Shown here in pieces: positions 38,806-50,422 of a DNA stretch of 64,000 nt (positions are counted from its first letter, which is position 1; the number at the start of each line of letters is the position of its first letter). Both the position numbers and the translations under genes were made by a program. The notes beneath the pieces were generated by a model, which was given only the letters and a program-made list of their open reading frames with translations, searched no databases and was not told where the DNA came from. Source of the DNA: Sediminibacterium sp. (GTDB lineage Bacteria > Bacteroidota > Bacteroidia > Chitinophagales > Chitinophagaceae); the NCBI GenBank assembly GCA_037132335.1, contig JBAXPJ010000003.1, forward strand, positions 38,297-102,296, read 5' to 3'.

Positions 38806-39702
38806 ATGTACTATATAACATATACTTTTTTTTATTTGTTATCGCTGATTCCTTGGCGAATACTCTATTTAATTGCAGATGGATTGTATGGATTGGTATA
38901 TTATATTTTTGGGTACAGAAAAAACATAGTGCTTCAAAATTTGGCTATTGCTTTTCCGGAAAAAACCCCAGCTGAAAGAGTTAGAATAGCCAAAGATTTT
39001 TACCACAACTTTATTGACAACATACTAGAAACTATTAAAATGATTTCTTTGTCAAATAAGGAATTGGCAAAAAGATTTACTTGTAATATTGAGGTATTAA
39101 ACGATTTATATGCAACCGATTTAAATGTGCAAGTGGTATGCGGTCATTTTTTTAATTGGGAGTTTGTGAATTTGGGAATTGCAAAAATGTGTAAGTTTCC
39201 TTTTGTTGGCGTGTATCAACCCCTAACCAATAAAACGATAAATAAAGTCATCTATAATATGCGGGCCAAGAATGGCACTATATTAATTCCCGCATCTGAT
39301 TTTAAAAGCAACTTTCATGCATACGTAAAAGATAGATACGTGTTAGGTCTAGCAGCAGATCAAAATCCGCCAAATCCTTCAAAAGCGCACTGGGTAAGCT
39401 TTTTTAATCGACTCACACCTTTTGTAGTGGGTCCTGAAAAAGGGGCAAAAATGAACAATACTGCCATGGTATTTGCACATTTTTATAAAGTAAAAAGGGG
39501 ATATTATCATACACAATTAACACTCATTACCCTAGATCCCAATGAATATGAAAACGGGCAGCTAACACAGATTTTTGCGCAATATGTAGAACAAGCTGTA
39601 CGCAAAGAGCCCGCCAATTATTTATGGAGTCATCGTCGTTGGAAGTTTGATTTTAACGAAGAAAAATTTGGGTCACTTGTGGTAAAGCCAATACCGAATT
39701 AA
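38806..39702 (+). CDS. Lipid A biosynthesis late acyltransferase (LpxL/HtrB family)
   Basis: GHFFNWE, ADQNP, YLWSHRRWK. Confidence 0.88.
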   Translation: MYYITYTFFYLLSLIPWRILYLIADGLYGLVYYIFGYRKNIVLQNLAIAFPEKTPAERVRIAKDFYHNFIDNILETIKMISLSNKELAKRFTCNIEVLNDLYATDLNVQVVCGHFFNWEFVNLGIAKMCKFPFVGVYQPLTNKTINKVIYNMRAKNGTILIPASDFKSNFHAYVKDRYVLGLAADQNPPNPSKAHWVSFFNRLTPFVVGPEKGAKMNNTAMVFAHFYKVKRGYYHTQLTLITLDPNEYENGQLTQIFAQYVEQAVRKEPANYLWSHRRWKFDFNEEKFGSLVVKPIPN

Positions 39703-41114
39703 TCCTGTGCTACCGTAGTTTTTTCTGTTTCAATTTTATCGCCTAATTCTTTAATCATGGCATATCCGCCAATAACATTTCTAAGGTTATGAAGTCCTTG
39801 TCTTTTTAATAACGACAATGCAATCACACTTCTATAGCCACCTGCGCAGTGTACATATACATTGTGGTGGTCGTCTAAATTAACCATGCTAGCAGGGTCA
39901 ACTAAATCAACTAAAGGTATATTGATCGCATCTTTTACATGGCTTTCATCAAATTCTGTTTCTTTTCTAACATCTACTATAACAATATTTGGATCGAATG
40001 GAATATCCATTGCTAATTCATCGGCTTCTACATCAATAATCATGTCTATTTTTTCGCCAGCAGCTAGCCATGCTTCATAGCTACCATCTAAATAACCATC
40101 AAATTTTTCAAAACCAACCCTTGCTAAACGAATAATAGATTCTTTCTCTTTTCCTTTTTCAGTAACTAGCAAAAAGGTTTTATCGAATGGTAAAATAACA
40201 CCAGCCCATTCTGCAAATCGGCCTTCTAAACCAATACTAATAGAACCAGGAACAAATCCTTCGGTAAATACTTTTGAAATACGGGTATCTAAAATAATTA
40301 CACCATCATTTTTAGATTTCTCTTTGAATTCAACCACTGATAGTGCCTTCATTCCTTTTTCTATAACAGAGTTGATGTTTTCGTACCCTTCTTTATTAAT
40401 TTTTACATTGATAGGAAAATAACTTGGAGGTGTAGTAAGTCCTTCTGTAACTGCTTTTATAAAATCTGCTTTATTTGTTTGTTGTAAAGCATAATTGCCT
40501 TGCTTTTGTTCGCCAATAGTACTAGAGGTTTCAGTGCCTAAATTCTTGCCACAACTACTACCTGCACCATGTCCTGGATAAACAATAACATCGTCGGCTA
40601 AAGGAATAATTTTATTTTGTAAACTATCAAAAAGCATACCTGCTAAATCATCCATGGAAATCAGATTCGCTTTTTGGGCTAGGTCGGGTCTGCCAACGTC
40701 GCCTACAAACAAAGTATCTCCAGTAAAAACTGCATAGTCTTTTCCTTGCTCATTTTTTAATAAGAAGCAACTGCTTTCTAGGGTATGTCCGGGAGTGTGT
40801 AAAACCTCAATGGTTAAATTGCCAACTTTAAAGATTTCGCCATCTGTTGCCACTTTTACAGGTAAACGGGTTTCAGTACTAGGCCCGTAAATGATGGTTG
40901 CACCAGTAGCCGTTGCTAAGTCTAAATGACCACTAACAAAATCGGCATGAAAATGGGTTTCAAAAATATATTTAATCTTGGCATTTCGCGCTTGGGCCAA
41001 ATGCAAGTATTCTTCAATATCACGCAAGGGATCAATAACAGCAGCTTCGCCATTACTCTCAATATAATATGCAGCTTCGCTTAAACATCCTGTATATAAT
41101 TGCTCAATAAACAT
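39699..41114 (-). CDS. MBL-fold persulfide dioxygenase-like protein fused to rhodanese domains
   Basis: ETHFHADFVSGH, TPGHT, TGDTLFVGDVGRPDL, HGAGSSCG; C-terminal rhodanese HCAGGYRS. Confidence 0.88.
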   Translation of the reverse strand: MFIEQLYTGCLSEAAYYIESNGEAAVIDPLRDIEEYLHLAQARNAKIKYIFETHFHADFVSGHLDLATATGATIIYGPSTETRLPVKVATDGEIFKVGNLTIEVLHTPGHTLESSCFLLKNEQGKDYAVFTGDTLFVGDVGRPDLAQKANLISMDDLAGMLFDSLQNKIIPLADDVIVYPGHGAGSSCGKNLGTETSSTIGEQKQGNYALQQTNKADFIKAVTEGLTTPPSYFPINVKINKEGYENINSVIEKGMKALSVVEFKEKSKNDGVIILDTRISKVFTEGFVPGSISIGLEGRFAEWAGVILPFDKTFLLVTEKGKEKESIIRLARVGFEKFDGYLDGSYEAWLAAGEKIDMIIDVEADELAMDIPFDPNIVIVDVRKETEFDESHVKDAINIPLVDLVDPASMVNLDDHHNVYVHCAGGYRSVIALSLLKRQGLHNLRNVIGGYAMIKELGDKIETEKTTVAQD

Positions 41115-41130
41115 CAGATAGAAATTTAGG

Positions 41131-41138
41131 CAAAGTTA
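41131..41138 (-). promoter_or_regulatory. -7 promoter element (TAACTTTG)
   Basis: TAnnTTTG upstream of the MBL-rhodanese gene. Confidence 0.55.
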
Positions 41139-41204
41139 ATAGCAAGGTTCAAGCCAAATGCAAAATTGGCCATAAAGTCAGTAAAGAAATAAAAAAACCA
41201 GTGG

Positions 41205-41540
41205 TTATCCCACAAGTGTTTCTACAAAAGACACTACTTCAGCTAATCGAGCATAGTTAACAGAATAATAAATGAATTTTCCGTCTCTAGAAGTGGCAAC
41301 AATACCAGCTCTACGTAGAATAGCCAAATGTTGCGATGCAACTGACTGCTCTAAACGAAGTTTCACATAAATTTCTGTAACTGTCATTTTCTCGTGCTCG
41401 TCTAACAGTTTCATTATCTGCTGACGTAGTTTGTGATTGATGGAACGAAGGATAAGTGCCGCTTTTTTGGTATGAATAAAATCAACCTTTACGGGCTCTT
41501 TCGCAACGTTAAGTACAACTGATTGTAAATTTTGACTCAT
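41205..41540 (-). CDS. ArsR/SmtB-family transcriptional regulator (no Cys)
   Basis: LRSINHKLRQQI...MTVTEI...LEQSVASQHLAILRRAGIV...GKFIYYS; ATG at 41540 chosen, start uncertain. Confidence 0.85.
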   Translation of the reverse strand: MSQNLQSVVLNVAKEPVKVDFIHTKKAALILRSINHKLRQQIMKLLDEHEKMTVTEIYVKLRLEQSVASQHLAILRRAGIVATSRDGKFIYYSVNYARLAEVVSFVETLVG

Positions 41541-41650
41541 GGGGGGGAGTGTTTTTATGGTGAACAAAATAGTACTATTACCAAGTTTCCTGTTCGGATA
41601 TAGTGGGAGTTAAAGATAATAAAATTAAACAATATAACAACTTGTGAAAC

Positions 41651-42331
41651 CTATTTTTTTGCTACTGGACTATAAAAAGCTTTTAGGTAAAATGGCTCGA
41701 AATAGGCTAGATCTACAAAATTTGCTACTTCAAATGCTTGGTTGGCCAATACCGACAAATGGGCCGCCGTATGTTGCACCGAACTGAAAATGGCATTTGA
41801 ATGATTAAATAGGGCTTGCGTTTTAAGCGAACCGCTGCCACAAAAAACCATTGGTTGTTGACTTATTATTTCCTCAAAACTAAAACTATCTAGTATTTTG
41901 GCATTTGGCGCCTCCATTAGATTTAAGTGAATATCATAAATTGCTGTAAATACTTCCATCCGTCTTGCGTCAATCATTGGGCAAAAAAGGGTGTTTGAAG
42001 AATAAGGCGCTTGGTTTATGGCAGCCAACGCCATAACCTTTAATGTGTTAATGGCTATCAATGGTTTTTGTAATGCGAAACACAAACCTTTTGCTGATGC
42101 CAATCCAACACGCAATCCAGTATAACTACCTGGTCCTTCAGTTACAGATATAGCATCAACTGCTTGTAATTCAATACCTGTTTCCAAAACTATTTGTTGA
42201 ATAGCGGGCTGTAAAAAAGCGCCATGATTTTTTTGGTCTTGGCTTTCTTTCAGCAGCAATACGCCAGATTCATTACTCAGGCAAACGCTGGCATGTTCAG
42301 TTGCAGTATCAATATTTAGTAATAAAGGCAT
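41651..42331 (-). CDS. tsaB: tRNA threonylcarbamoyladenosine biosynthesis protein TsaB
   Basis: IDTAT, GPGSYTGLRVG, IDARRMEVF, EPFYLK. Confidence 0.93.
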   Translation of the reverse strand: MPLLLNIDTATEHASVCLSNESGVLLLKESQDQKNHGAFLQPAIQQIVLETGIELQAVDAISVTEGPGSYTGLRVGLASAKGLCFALQKPLIAINTLKVMALAAINQAPYSSNTLFCPMIDARRMEVFTAIYDIHLNLMEAPNAKILDSFSFEEIISQQPMVFCGSGSLKTQALFNHSNAIFSSVQHTAAHLSVLANQAFEVANFVDLAYFEPFYLKAFYSPVAKK

Positions 42332-42442
42332 TGGTATGAATATTTCTGTATCCGATAACTATTAAGCAAAAAGGATATTCTGCAAATTTAGGTTGGCAGG
42401 TTGATGGAAATGCAGCAATTTGCTGGATATTAAATACATCTT

Positions 42443-42829
42443 ATGCCCAAACAAATCATCAATACCAATAATGCCCCTGCGCCAATTGGCCCATATAGCC
42501 AAGCAGTTCGTGCCAATGGACTCGTTTTTTTAAGCGGACAAGTTGCTTTTATTCCAGCAACTGGAGAACTTGAATTGAGTAGTATAGCGGCCGAAACGAA
42601 CCAAGTAATGAAAAATATTCAAGCCTTGTTAGACGAAGCCAAAATAAGTTTTGAGCATGTAGTAAAAACGACAATTTTTTTAAGTGACATGTCGTTGTTT
42701 GCAGAAGTAAATGCTGTGTATAATACCTATTTTTCTGGAGACTTTCCTGCGCGTGAAACCGTTGCAGTGAAAGGGTTACCGCGTAGCGTAAACGTAGAAA
42801 TTAGTATGATAGCCGTAGAAAAATTATAA
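42443..42829 (+). CDS. ridA: RidA/YjgF family reactive-intermediate deaminase
   Basis: APAPIGPYSQA, SGQV, FPARETVAV..LP...VEI. Confidence 0.9.
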   Translation: MPKQIINTNNAPAPIGPYSQAVRANGLVFLSGQVAFIPATGELELSSIAAETNQVMKNIQALLDEAKISFEHVVKTTIFLSDMSLFAEVNAVYNTYFSGDFPARETVAVKGLPRSVNVEISMIAVEKL

Positions 42830-42832
42830 GAT

Positions 42833-43777
42833 TTACATTCGTGTAATTGTATAGCTAGTACTAAAGCCATATTGCTGATAGGGTTCCAATTCAAGGAGCC
42901 CTATTTTATTATTAAATGCATCAGGAGCGGCACTCAGGTTTTCAATAGCAATGCTTTGGCGATTTTCTGGAATATAAATCTGTAAATACGGGTAACGTGC
43001 ATCTGGTTCAATACGCAATTGCAGGTTTTCATTGCTCAGTGTACATTGAGGATTGGCTAATGCTTTATTTAAAACAAAACAATTGTCGAGGTTAATGCCT
43101 TTTAGTAGCGTTCCTTCTGTAAAACGATTGTCAGTAATAAATTGACCAGTAGGCAAAAGGTCTTGATTGAATTCCAATTGTTGGTTACTATCAAATTGCA
43201 AACGGTAATTGTCTACCGTGTTTCCTAAATTAAAATACGGATGCCATCCATCCGAAAATGGAATTATACAATCATTTGTATTCGTTACTGTACTGTTTAC
43301 AGATAATTTATTGCCGGTGGTTAATGTCCATTCTAGTGTTAACGTAAAAGGAAAAGGATATCCTTGATCTGTTCCTGTATAATTATATACTAATACCACA
43401 GAGGCACTATCGGCACTTGTTTCTGTTGATTTGATGGCATACACCGCATCATAAACAATTCCATGAATAGCGTGGTTACCCATATAAAACTTTTCAATTT
43501 GATATGATTGGTTGTTGAAACTGTATTTGCCTTCCCAAAGTCTACAAACAAACGGAGCGAGTTTGGCGCTTTTAAAACCATTGGTAATTTGCAGTTTCGC
43601 ATCCGCTACCGATTCAAATCCTGCAATAATATTTTGATTAACCCCATTTACAGGCAATGAGAAAGCGTTTAAAAATCCACCAAAACTATAGATGCTAGCT
43701 TGGCAATTAGTAAGGGTATCTTTCAATAAAATAATAGGATATTCTTGCGAAGCATCAACTTGAATTTCAAAAGGCAT
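42833..43777 (-). CDS. Aldose 1-epimerase family protein
   Basis: HAIHG, YPFPF, GWHPYF, LDNCF, IAIEN. Confidence 0.85.
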   Translation of the reverse strand: MPFEIQVDASQEYPIILLKDTLTNCQASIYSFGGFLNAFSLPVNGVNQNIIAGFESVADAKLQITNGFKSAKLAPFVCRLWEGKYSFNNQSYQIEKFYMGNHAIHGIVYDAVYAIKSTETSADSASVVLVYNYTGTDQGYPFPFTLTLEWTLTTGNKLSVNSTVTNTNDCIIPFSDGWHPYFNLGNTVDNYRLQFDSNQQLEFNQDLLPTGQFITDNRFTEGTLLKGINLDNCFVLNKALANPQCTLSNENLQLRIEPDARYPYLQIYIPENRQSIAIENLSAAPDAFNNKIGLLELEPYQQYGFSTSYTITRM

Positions 43778-43896
43778 GGCGGTAATTAAGACTTAAAAAT
43801 AATCATATTAATGTATAGCCCAAGACCAATTAAAAGGAATCTGCAACTAATTCGACCTAAAAAACTAACATCTGTTAACTATTGAAGCCAAAGCAG

Positions 43897-43904
43897 TAAT
43901 TTTG
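43897..43904 (+). promoter_or_regulatory. -7 promoter element (TAATTTTG) for icmF
   Basis: TAnnTTTG 20 nt upstream of the ATG. Confidence 0.55.
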
Positions 43905-43924
43905 CTGTACAAGCATGGCATATT

Positions 43925-46900
43925 ATGGCTTTACAACTAACACATAAAATTAGAATTGTTACCGCAACTAGCTTATTTGATGGGCATGATGCGGCTATTA
44001 ATATTATGCGAAGAATTTTGCAGTCGAAGGGTGCAGAAATTATTCATCTTGGGCATAATAGAAGTGTGTTAGAAATTGTGGAATGCGCTATTGAAGAAGA
44101 TGTGCAAGGAATTGCCATCACTTCTTACCAAGGCGGGCATATTGAGTTTTTTAAATACATGAAAGATTTGCTTGTTCAAAATGGCTGTGGGCATATTAAA
44201 ATATTTGGAGGAGGTGGCGGAACTATTTTACCCGAAGAAATTCAAATATTACAAGACTATGGAATTAGTAAAATTTATAGTCCAGATGATGGTCGGCAGA
44301 TGGGTTTAGAAGGTATGATTGAAGATGTTATTCAACAGTGCGATTTTGCCTTGCCTACAACGTCGGAATATCCAAATCCAATGACACTTGGCGAAGCAAA
44401 AGATATTAGAAAAATTGCGCGTCAAATTACCAATGCTGAAAATGGAATGCCATTTTCTGTTGCTGAAAATGCAAATAAAAAAACAATTCCTGTACTAGGA
44501 ATTACAGGGACTGGTGGTGCCGGAAAAAGTTCGGTAACCGATGAATTGGTTCGCCGATTTTTACATGCCTATACCGATAAAACAATTGCGGTAATTTCTG
44601 TAGATCCGTCTAAAAAGAAAACAGGCGGGGCCTTGTTAGGAGATCGAATTCGCATGAATGCCATTTCGCATCCACGCGCTTATATGCGAAGCATGGCTAC
44701 AAGAGACGATAATACTGCACTCAGTGCGTATATGCAAGATGCCATCAATGTTTGCAAAGCAGCAGATTTTGATTGCATTATTTTAGAGTCTGCAGGAGTA
44801 GGTCAAAGCGATGCGTCTATTTTAGATTTTTGCAATTTGAGTTTATATATCATGACGCCAGAATTTGGCGCAGCATCGCAATTAGAAAAAATAAATATGT
44901 TGGATTATGCCAATATTATTTGCATTAATAAATTCGACAAAGCAGGTGCTTTAGATGCATTGCACGATGTACGCAAACAATACAAGCGAAACCACAATGC
45001 ATGGCAAGCCAAAGATGCGGAATTGCCAATTATAGGAACTATTGCGGCGCAGTTTAACGATAAGGGGGTGAATGATTTATTTACGCAAATAGTATTGTCA
45101 ATCAAAGAAATTTGCGGCGTTAGTTTTGGCTCAATCGATGCATTATTTACTGCATCAAAAACAGTGGAATCAATCAATACACAATCAAAAATTATCCCAG
45201 CAAAAAGGGTGCGTTATTTGTCTGAAATAGCCGACCAAAATAGAAGCTATGATGCTTGGGTAGCAGCACAAGTAAACATTGCGTCTAAACGCTATCAAAT
45301 TACTGGCACTATTGAATCTTTCAAAGAAAATCATGCTATAAATAATCACGAGAATCCATTGCATGGATTAATAGCATTGCAAAATGATTTTGATAATAAG
45401 CAAGCAGTTGAATGCAAACAACTAATTGAGCACTGGCCAGCACTTGTAAAAAAATATACGGCCGATTTTTTTGAATACCAAGTGCGCGAAAAAATCATTA
45501 AACAACCAATGGTAACATTGAGTTTAAGTGGCAGTAAAATTCCAAAAATCGCCTTACCAAAATACAAAGACTGGGGCGATATTTTACAATGGCAATTACA
45601 AGAAAATGTACCTGGTGAATTTCCATATACTGCAGGCGTTTTTGAATTAAAAAGACAAGGAGAAGATCCTACCAGAATGTTTGCTGGTGAGGGAAGTCCT
45701 GAACGCACCAACAAACGATTTCACTATGTTTCGTTAGATCAACCTGCTATTCGATTGTCTACTGCATTTGATAGTGTAACATTATATGGTGAAGACCCCA
45801 ATGCACGCCCGGATATTTATGGAAAAGTAGGTAATAGTGGGGTTAGTGTTGCAACAGTAGATGATGCAAAAAAATTATACAGTGGCTTTGATTTGTGTCA
45901 TCCAAAAACATCGGTAAGTATGACCATTAATGGTCCTGCACCTATTGTGCTAGCTTTTTTTATGAATGCCGCCATTGATCAAGCTTGTGAAAAATATATT
46001 ACAGAGAATGGATTATGGGATGCTGTAAATGCTATTATTCAACAAAAATTTCAGCACCACAAAAAACCAATTTACAACAACCCTTCATCGCCTAAAACCT
46101 TACCAGATGGCAACAATGGTTTGGGCTTGCAATTATTAGGATTAAGTGGCAGTGAAGTATTGCCTAATGATATCTATCAACAAATAAAAGCAAATGCTCT
46201 AGCAAATGTGCGCGGAACGGTTCAGGCCGATATTTTAAAAGAAGACCAAGCACAAAACACTTGTATTTTTTCAACGGAATTTGCACTCAAATTAATGGGT
46301 GATGTACAAGCCTATTTTATCGACCAAAAAATTCGAAATTTTTATAGTGTAAGTATTAGTGGCTACCATATTGCAGAAGCTGGCGCAAACCCAATTACCC
46401 AATTGGCATTTACACTATCAAATGGATTTACTTATATTGAATACTATTTAAGTCGGGGAATGCATATTGATGATTTTGCACCCAATTTGTCTTTCTTTTT
46501 TAGTAATGGAATGGATGCAGAATATAGTGTGATTGGTAGAGTAGCAAGACGTATTTGGGCCAAAGCAATAAAAGGTAAGTACAAGGGTAATGATCGTTCG
46601 CAAAAATTAAAATACCATATTCAAACCAGTGGTAGAAGTTTGCATGCGCAAGAAATAGATTTTAATGATATTAGAACCAGCTTGCAAGCATTATATGCCA
46701 TATACGATAACTGTAATAGTTTGCATACCAATGCATACGACGAAGCAATTACAACGCCAACCGAAGAGAGTGTGCGTAGGGCAATGGCTATTCAATTAAT
46801 TATTAATCGTGAATTAGGAACTGCCAATAATGAAAATCCAAACCAGGGTAGTTTTTTAATAGAAGAATTAACCGATTTGGTAGAAGAAGCCGTGTTGCTT

Positions 46901-47311
46901 GAGTTTGATAGAATTACAGAACGAGGCGGTGTTTTAGGTGCCATGGAAAGAATGTATCAACGCAATAAAATTCAAGAAGAAAGTATGCACTACGAAACCC
47001 AAAAGCATACAGGTGAATTACCCATTATTGGCGTAAATACTTTCTTAAATAAAAAAGGCAGTCCAACCATATTGCCGCAAGAGGTGATTCGTGCTACCGA
47101 TCAAGAAAAGCTACAGCAAATCAACAACTTGCAAGATTTTTTTAAGTTACACGAAAATGAATCAGCCGCAGCTTTAGAAAAATTAAAACAAGCCGCTATC
47201 AATAACGGCAACCTATTTTCCGAATTGATGGAAACGGTTAAATATTGTTCGCTAGGCCAAATTACCCACGCATTATATGAAGTAGGCGGACAGTACCGTA
47301 GAAATATGTAA
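43925..47311 (+). CDS. icmF: Fused isobutyryl-CoA mutase / MeaI GTPase
   Basis: B12-binding DGHD...HLG, P-loop [20 protein letters not shown], mutase [17 protein letters not shown]. Confidence 0.92.
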   Translation: MALQLTHKIRIVTATSLFDGHDAAINIMRRILQSKGAEIIHLGHNRSVLEIVECAIEEDVQGIAITSYQGGHIEFFKYMKDLLVQNGCGHIKIFGGGGGTILPEEIQILQDYGISKIYSPDDGRQMGLEGMIEDVIQQCDFALPTTSEYPNPMTLGEAKDIRKIARQITNAENGMPFSVAENANKKTIPVLGITGTGGAGKSSVTDELVRRFLHAYTDKTIAVISVDPSKKKTGGALLGDRIRMNAISHPRAYMRSMATRDDNTALSAYMQDAINVCKAADFDCIILESAGVGQSDASILDFCNLSLYIMTPEFGAASQLEKINMLDYANIICINKFDKAGALDALHDVRKQYKRNHNAWQAKDAELPIIGTIAAQFNDKGVNDLFTQIVLSIKEICGVSFGSIDALFTASKTVESINTQSKIIPAKRVRYLSEIADQNRSYDAWVAAQVNIASKRYQITGTIESFKENHAINNHENPLHGLIALQNDFDNKQAVECKQLIEHWPALVKKYTADFFEYQVREKIIKQPMVTLSLSGSKIPKIALPKYKDWGDILQWQLQENVPGEFPYTAGVFELKRQGEDPTRMFAGEGSPERTNKRFHYVSLDQPAIRLSTAFDSVTLYGEDPNARPDIYGKVGNSGVSVATVDDAKKLYSGFDLCHPKTSVSMTINGPAPIVLAFFMNAAIDQACEKYITENGLWDAVNAIIQQKFQHHKKPIYNNPSSPKTLPDGNNGLGLQLLGLSGSEVLPNDIYQQIKANALANVRGTVQADILKEDQAQNTCIFSTEFALKLMGDVQAYFIDQKIRNFYSVSISGYHIAEAGANPITQLAFTLSNGFTYIEYYLSRGMHIDDFAPNLSFFFSNGMDAEYSVIGRVARRIWAKAIKGKYKGNDRSQKLKYHIQTSGRSLHAQEIDFNDIRTSLQALYAIYDNCNSLHTNAYDEAITTPTEESVRRAMAIQLIINRELGTANNENPNQGSFLIEELTDLVEEAVLLEFDRITERGGVLGAMERMYQRNKIQEESMHYETQKHTGELPIIGVNTFLNKKGSPTILPQEVIRATDQEKLQQINNLQDFFKLHENESAAALEKLKQAAINNGNLFSELMETVKYCSLGQITHALYEVGGQYRRNM

Positions 47312-47370
47312 GCAAATAAACTTCGGCTTTTAAAATATGCTAACTTGCTGCGTATATAAAAACAAGTAAA

Positions 47371-47964
47371 ATGGGTTTGAAAAAAATAATCATAACGCTG
47401 TTAATAGCTAGCTGTTCTTTATTATCAGCTTCTGCACAATATAAAAAAGTTGATACCACCATGAAATTGGGTAAAGCTGGCTATCGTTTGTATTGCAACA
47501 ATAAAAGTGTAGAAAAAAATAATATAACCATAACACCAGTTGGCTTTGAATCTGGTTCTAGAGAGATTAGTTTTGAAGTGAAAGGCAAGGTTGCAAAAGC
47601 AGAAGTAGACGATTTAAACAATGATGGGTTTCCCGATATGGTTATCTACCTATATTCAGGTGTTGGCAATCTTTTTGGAAATGTAATAGGAATTTTATCG
47701 AATAGTAATACCGATATGCGACCGGTTATTTTTCCAGATATAATGGATGATCCAAAATTAAAAATTGGTTACAAGGGGTACGATGAATTTTATTTAGTGG
47801 AAGGAAGTTTGATGCGCAAATTTCCCATTTATCAAACAGTAGATAGTACCCAGTCGGTTCCTTCTGGTTCTATTAGACAAATTCAATACCGCGTATTTCC
47901 TGGCGAAAGAGAATCCATGAAGTTTAAAGTGGTAAGAAGTTATGAGGTTAAAAAAGCCCAATAA
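47371..47964 (+). CDS. Secreted hypothetical protein (possible PliI-like lysozyme inhibitor)
   Basis: Signal peptide; AEVDDLNNDGFPDMVIY and GYKGYDEF resemble PliI-type proteins; function uncertain. Confidence 0.5.
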   Translation: MGLKKIIITLLIASCSLLSASAQYKKVDTTMKLGKAGYRLYCNNKSVEKNNITITPVGFESGSREISFEVKGKVAKAEVDDLNNDGFPDMVIYLYSGVGNLFGNVIGILSNSNTDMRPVIFPDIMDDPKLKIGYKGYDEFYLVEGSLMRKFPIYQTVDSTQSVPSGSIRQIQYRVFPGERESMKFKVVRSYEVKKAQ

Positions 47965-48000
47965 TTTCCCAAATAAATATTAGATCTTAAAAAAATATAT

Positions 48001-50421
48001 ATGCAAAAGTTGCTATTAGTGCTAGCCGTTTTATTGGGTGTTCAATGTTTTTCTGAACAGTCTTTTGCTCAAACAAATAAAGTAACACTTCCTACGGGTT
48101 GGAGTTTATCACCAGTAGGTAGAAGTTTACCACTAGGAGATCTGCCATTGAATATTGCAGTGAGTCCTTCAAAAAAACTAATGGCTGTAACCAATAATGG
48201 ACAAAGTGTTCAAAGCATTCAATTGATTGATCCTATTTCCGAAAAATTATTGGATAGTGTAGTCATTCCAAAAAGTTGGTATGGCTTAACTTTTAGTGCC
48301 GATGAAAAACATTTGTATGCTGCTGCTGGAAATGATAATTGGATTAATGATTATGCTATTGAGCAAAATAAATTAATTCTAAAAGATTCTATTGTACTAG
48401 GAAAAAAATGGCCCAATAAAATTTCACCAACGGGTATTGTTGTTGATGATGCTAAAAAAATAATGTACGTAGTTACTAAAGACAATAATTCTTTGTACAT
48501 AGTAGATATGGTAACTAAAAACTTTACAAAGTATGCATTGGGCGGAGAAGCATATGCCTGCGTTTTGTCGCCAGATAAAAAATTATTGTATATCAGTTGT
48601 TGGGGTTGCGATAAATTCTATGTTTTTGATACAGAGAAAAAAAATATAAGTGCTGAAATTTTGGTAGGTGATAATCCTAATGAAATTTGTTTGAACAAAA
48701 AAGGTACTTGGGCATTTGTGGCGAATTCAAATGACAATTCGGTTTCTATTATTGATTTAAAAACCAATAAAGTTGTTGAAGTATTAAATGCTGCTTTGTT
48801 TCCTGATGCTCCAAATGGCTCTACTACCAACGGTTTGGCGCTAAGTGCCGATGAAAAAACATTGTATATTGCTAATGCCGATAATAACTGTTTAGCTGTA
48901 TTTGATGTGCAGGTTCCTGGTGCAAGTAAAAGCAAGGGATTCATTCCTGTAGGATGGTATCCAACGAATGTAAAAGTGATTGGCAAAAAAATATTTGTAT
49001 CAAATGGTAAAGGATTTTCTTCTATGGCAAATCCTTATGGCCCCAATCCGGTTGGTAGTAAACAAGCAGTGAATTACCAACAAGGCGACATTAGTAAACC
49101 AAAAGAGGTGCAATACATAGCTGGTTTATTTAAGGGAACCCTAAGTATTATTGAAGCTCCAACTGATGCGCAATTGGCTGCTTATTCTGCAATGGTATAT
49201 CAAAACACGCCCTATACCAAACTAAAAGAATTGAATGCAGAAGGTGAAGTAGGTAATGCAATTCCATCAAAAGTAGGCGATAAAAGTCCTATTAAATATG
49301 TGTTTTATGTGATTAAAGAAAATAGAACCTACGACCAAGTGTTAGGCGATATAAAGGAAGGAAATGGAGATCCTAGTTTGGTTTTATTTGGTGAACATGT
49401 TACGCCAAACCAACACGCGCTTTCAAAAGAATTTGTATTACTAGATAATTTTTATGTGAACGGAGAAGTGAGTGCCGATGGTCATAATTGGTCTACAGGT
49501 GCTTATGCTACCGACTATTTAGAAAAGAATTGGGTAGTTAGTTATGGTGGCCGAGGTGGTAGTTATGATGCCGAAGGAAATCGTTTAATAGCCAATAATA
49601 AAGGTGGATTTATTTGGGACCATTGTAAAAAAGCAGGTGTGACTTATAGAACCTATGGAGAGTTTGCAGACAATTACAAAGCCAATATTCCAGTACTAAA
49701 AAATCATTTGTGTACTTATTTTACAGGCTTTACAGGGCTTGTTGCAGATACCACTCGTTTTAGTCAATGGAAAAGAGACTTCGATTCTTTATTAGCAAAA
49801 GGAGCAGTGCCTCAATTTAATACTGTTAGATTTAGTAATGACCATACCGAAGGTTTAAGAAAAGGCCGACCAACACCTTATGCGCATGTAGCAGATAATG
49901 ATTTAGCTGTTGGACTTTTTGTTGAATACTTAAGCAAGAGCCCTATTTGGAATGAAACGGCAATTTTTATTTTAGAAGATGATGCGCAAAATGGTGCCGA
50001 CCATGTGGATGCACACCGAAGCACCGCCTATGTTGCTGGTGGTTTTGTAAAAAGAAATTTTGTTGACCATACCATGTACTCAACCGCATCTATGTTACGT
50101 ACCATGGAATTAATATTGGGCCTTCCACCAATGAGTCAATACGATGCTGCTGCAACTCCTATGTGGCGTTCATTTTCAAGTACAGTTCAACCAACAGGGT
50201 TTGTATCAAAAAATAATTTGGTTGATTTAAACGAAAAAAATATTGCCATGAATGAATGGCAAAGACGCTCAGAAAAATTCGATTTAGCCAAAGAAGATGC
50301 GGTGCCAGATTTAGAATTCAACCGCGTTTTATGGTATGGATTAAAAGGAGATAATACACCATTCCCAGGTCCAAAACGTGCAGCGTTTTTCAAACAAACA
50401 AAAACACTCGATAAAGATTAG
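48001..50421 (+). CDS. YncE-like beta-propeller / phosphoesterase (alkaline phosphatase superfamily) fusion, secreted
   Basis: YVTN-like repeats, IKENRTYD, DNFY...EVSADGHNW, EDDAQNGADHVDAHR. Confidence 0.85.
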   Translation: MQKLLLVLAVLLGVQCFSEQSFAQTNKVTLPTGWSLSPVGRSLPLGDLPLNIAVSPSKKLMAVTNNGQSVQSIQLIDPISEKLLDSVVIPKSWYGLTFSADEKHLYAAAGNDNWINDYAIEQNKLILKDSIVLGKKWPNKISPTGIVVDDAKKIMYVVTKDNNSLYIVDMVTKNFTKYALGGEAYACVLSPDKKLLYISCWGCDKFYVFDTEKKNISAEILVGDNPNEICLNKKGTWAFVANSNDNSVSIIDLKTNKVVEVLNAALFPDAPNGSTTNGLALSADEKTLYIANADNNCLAVFDVQVPGASKSKGFIPVGWYPTNVKVIGKKIFVSNGKGFSSMANPYGPNPVGSKQAVNYQQGDISKPKEVQYIAGLFKGTLSIIEAPTDAQLAAYSAMVYQNTPYTKLKELNAEGEVGNAIPSKVGDKSPIKYVFYVIKENRTYDQVLGDIKEGNGDPSLVLFGEHVTPNQHALSKEFVLLDNFYVNGEVSADGHNWSTGAYATDYLEKNWVVSYGGRGGSYDAEGNRLIANNKGGFIWDHCKKAGVTYRTYGEFADNYKANIPVLKNHLCTYFTGFTGLVADTTRFSQWKRDFDSLLAKGAVPQFNTVRFSNDHTEGLRKGRPTPYAHVADNDLAVGLFVEYLSKSPIWNETAIFILEDDAQNGADHVDAHRSTAYVAGGFVKRNFVDHTMYSTASMLRTMELILGLPPMSQYDAAATPMWRSFSSTVQPTGFVSKNNLVDLNEKNIAMNEWQRRSEKFDLAKEDAVPDLEFNRVLWYGLKGDNTPFPGPKRAAFFKQTKTLDKD

Positions 50422-50422
50422 T

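Noticed and set aside
43925-47311. Mutase-GTPase fusion
   Set aside because: Well-characterised IcmF architecture; no cobalamin riboswitch seen upstream.
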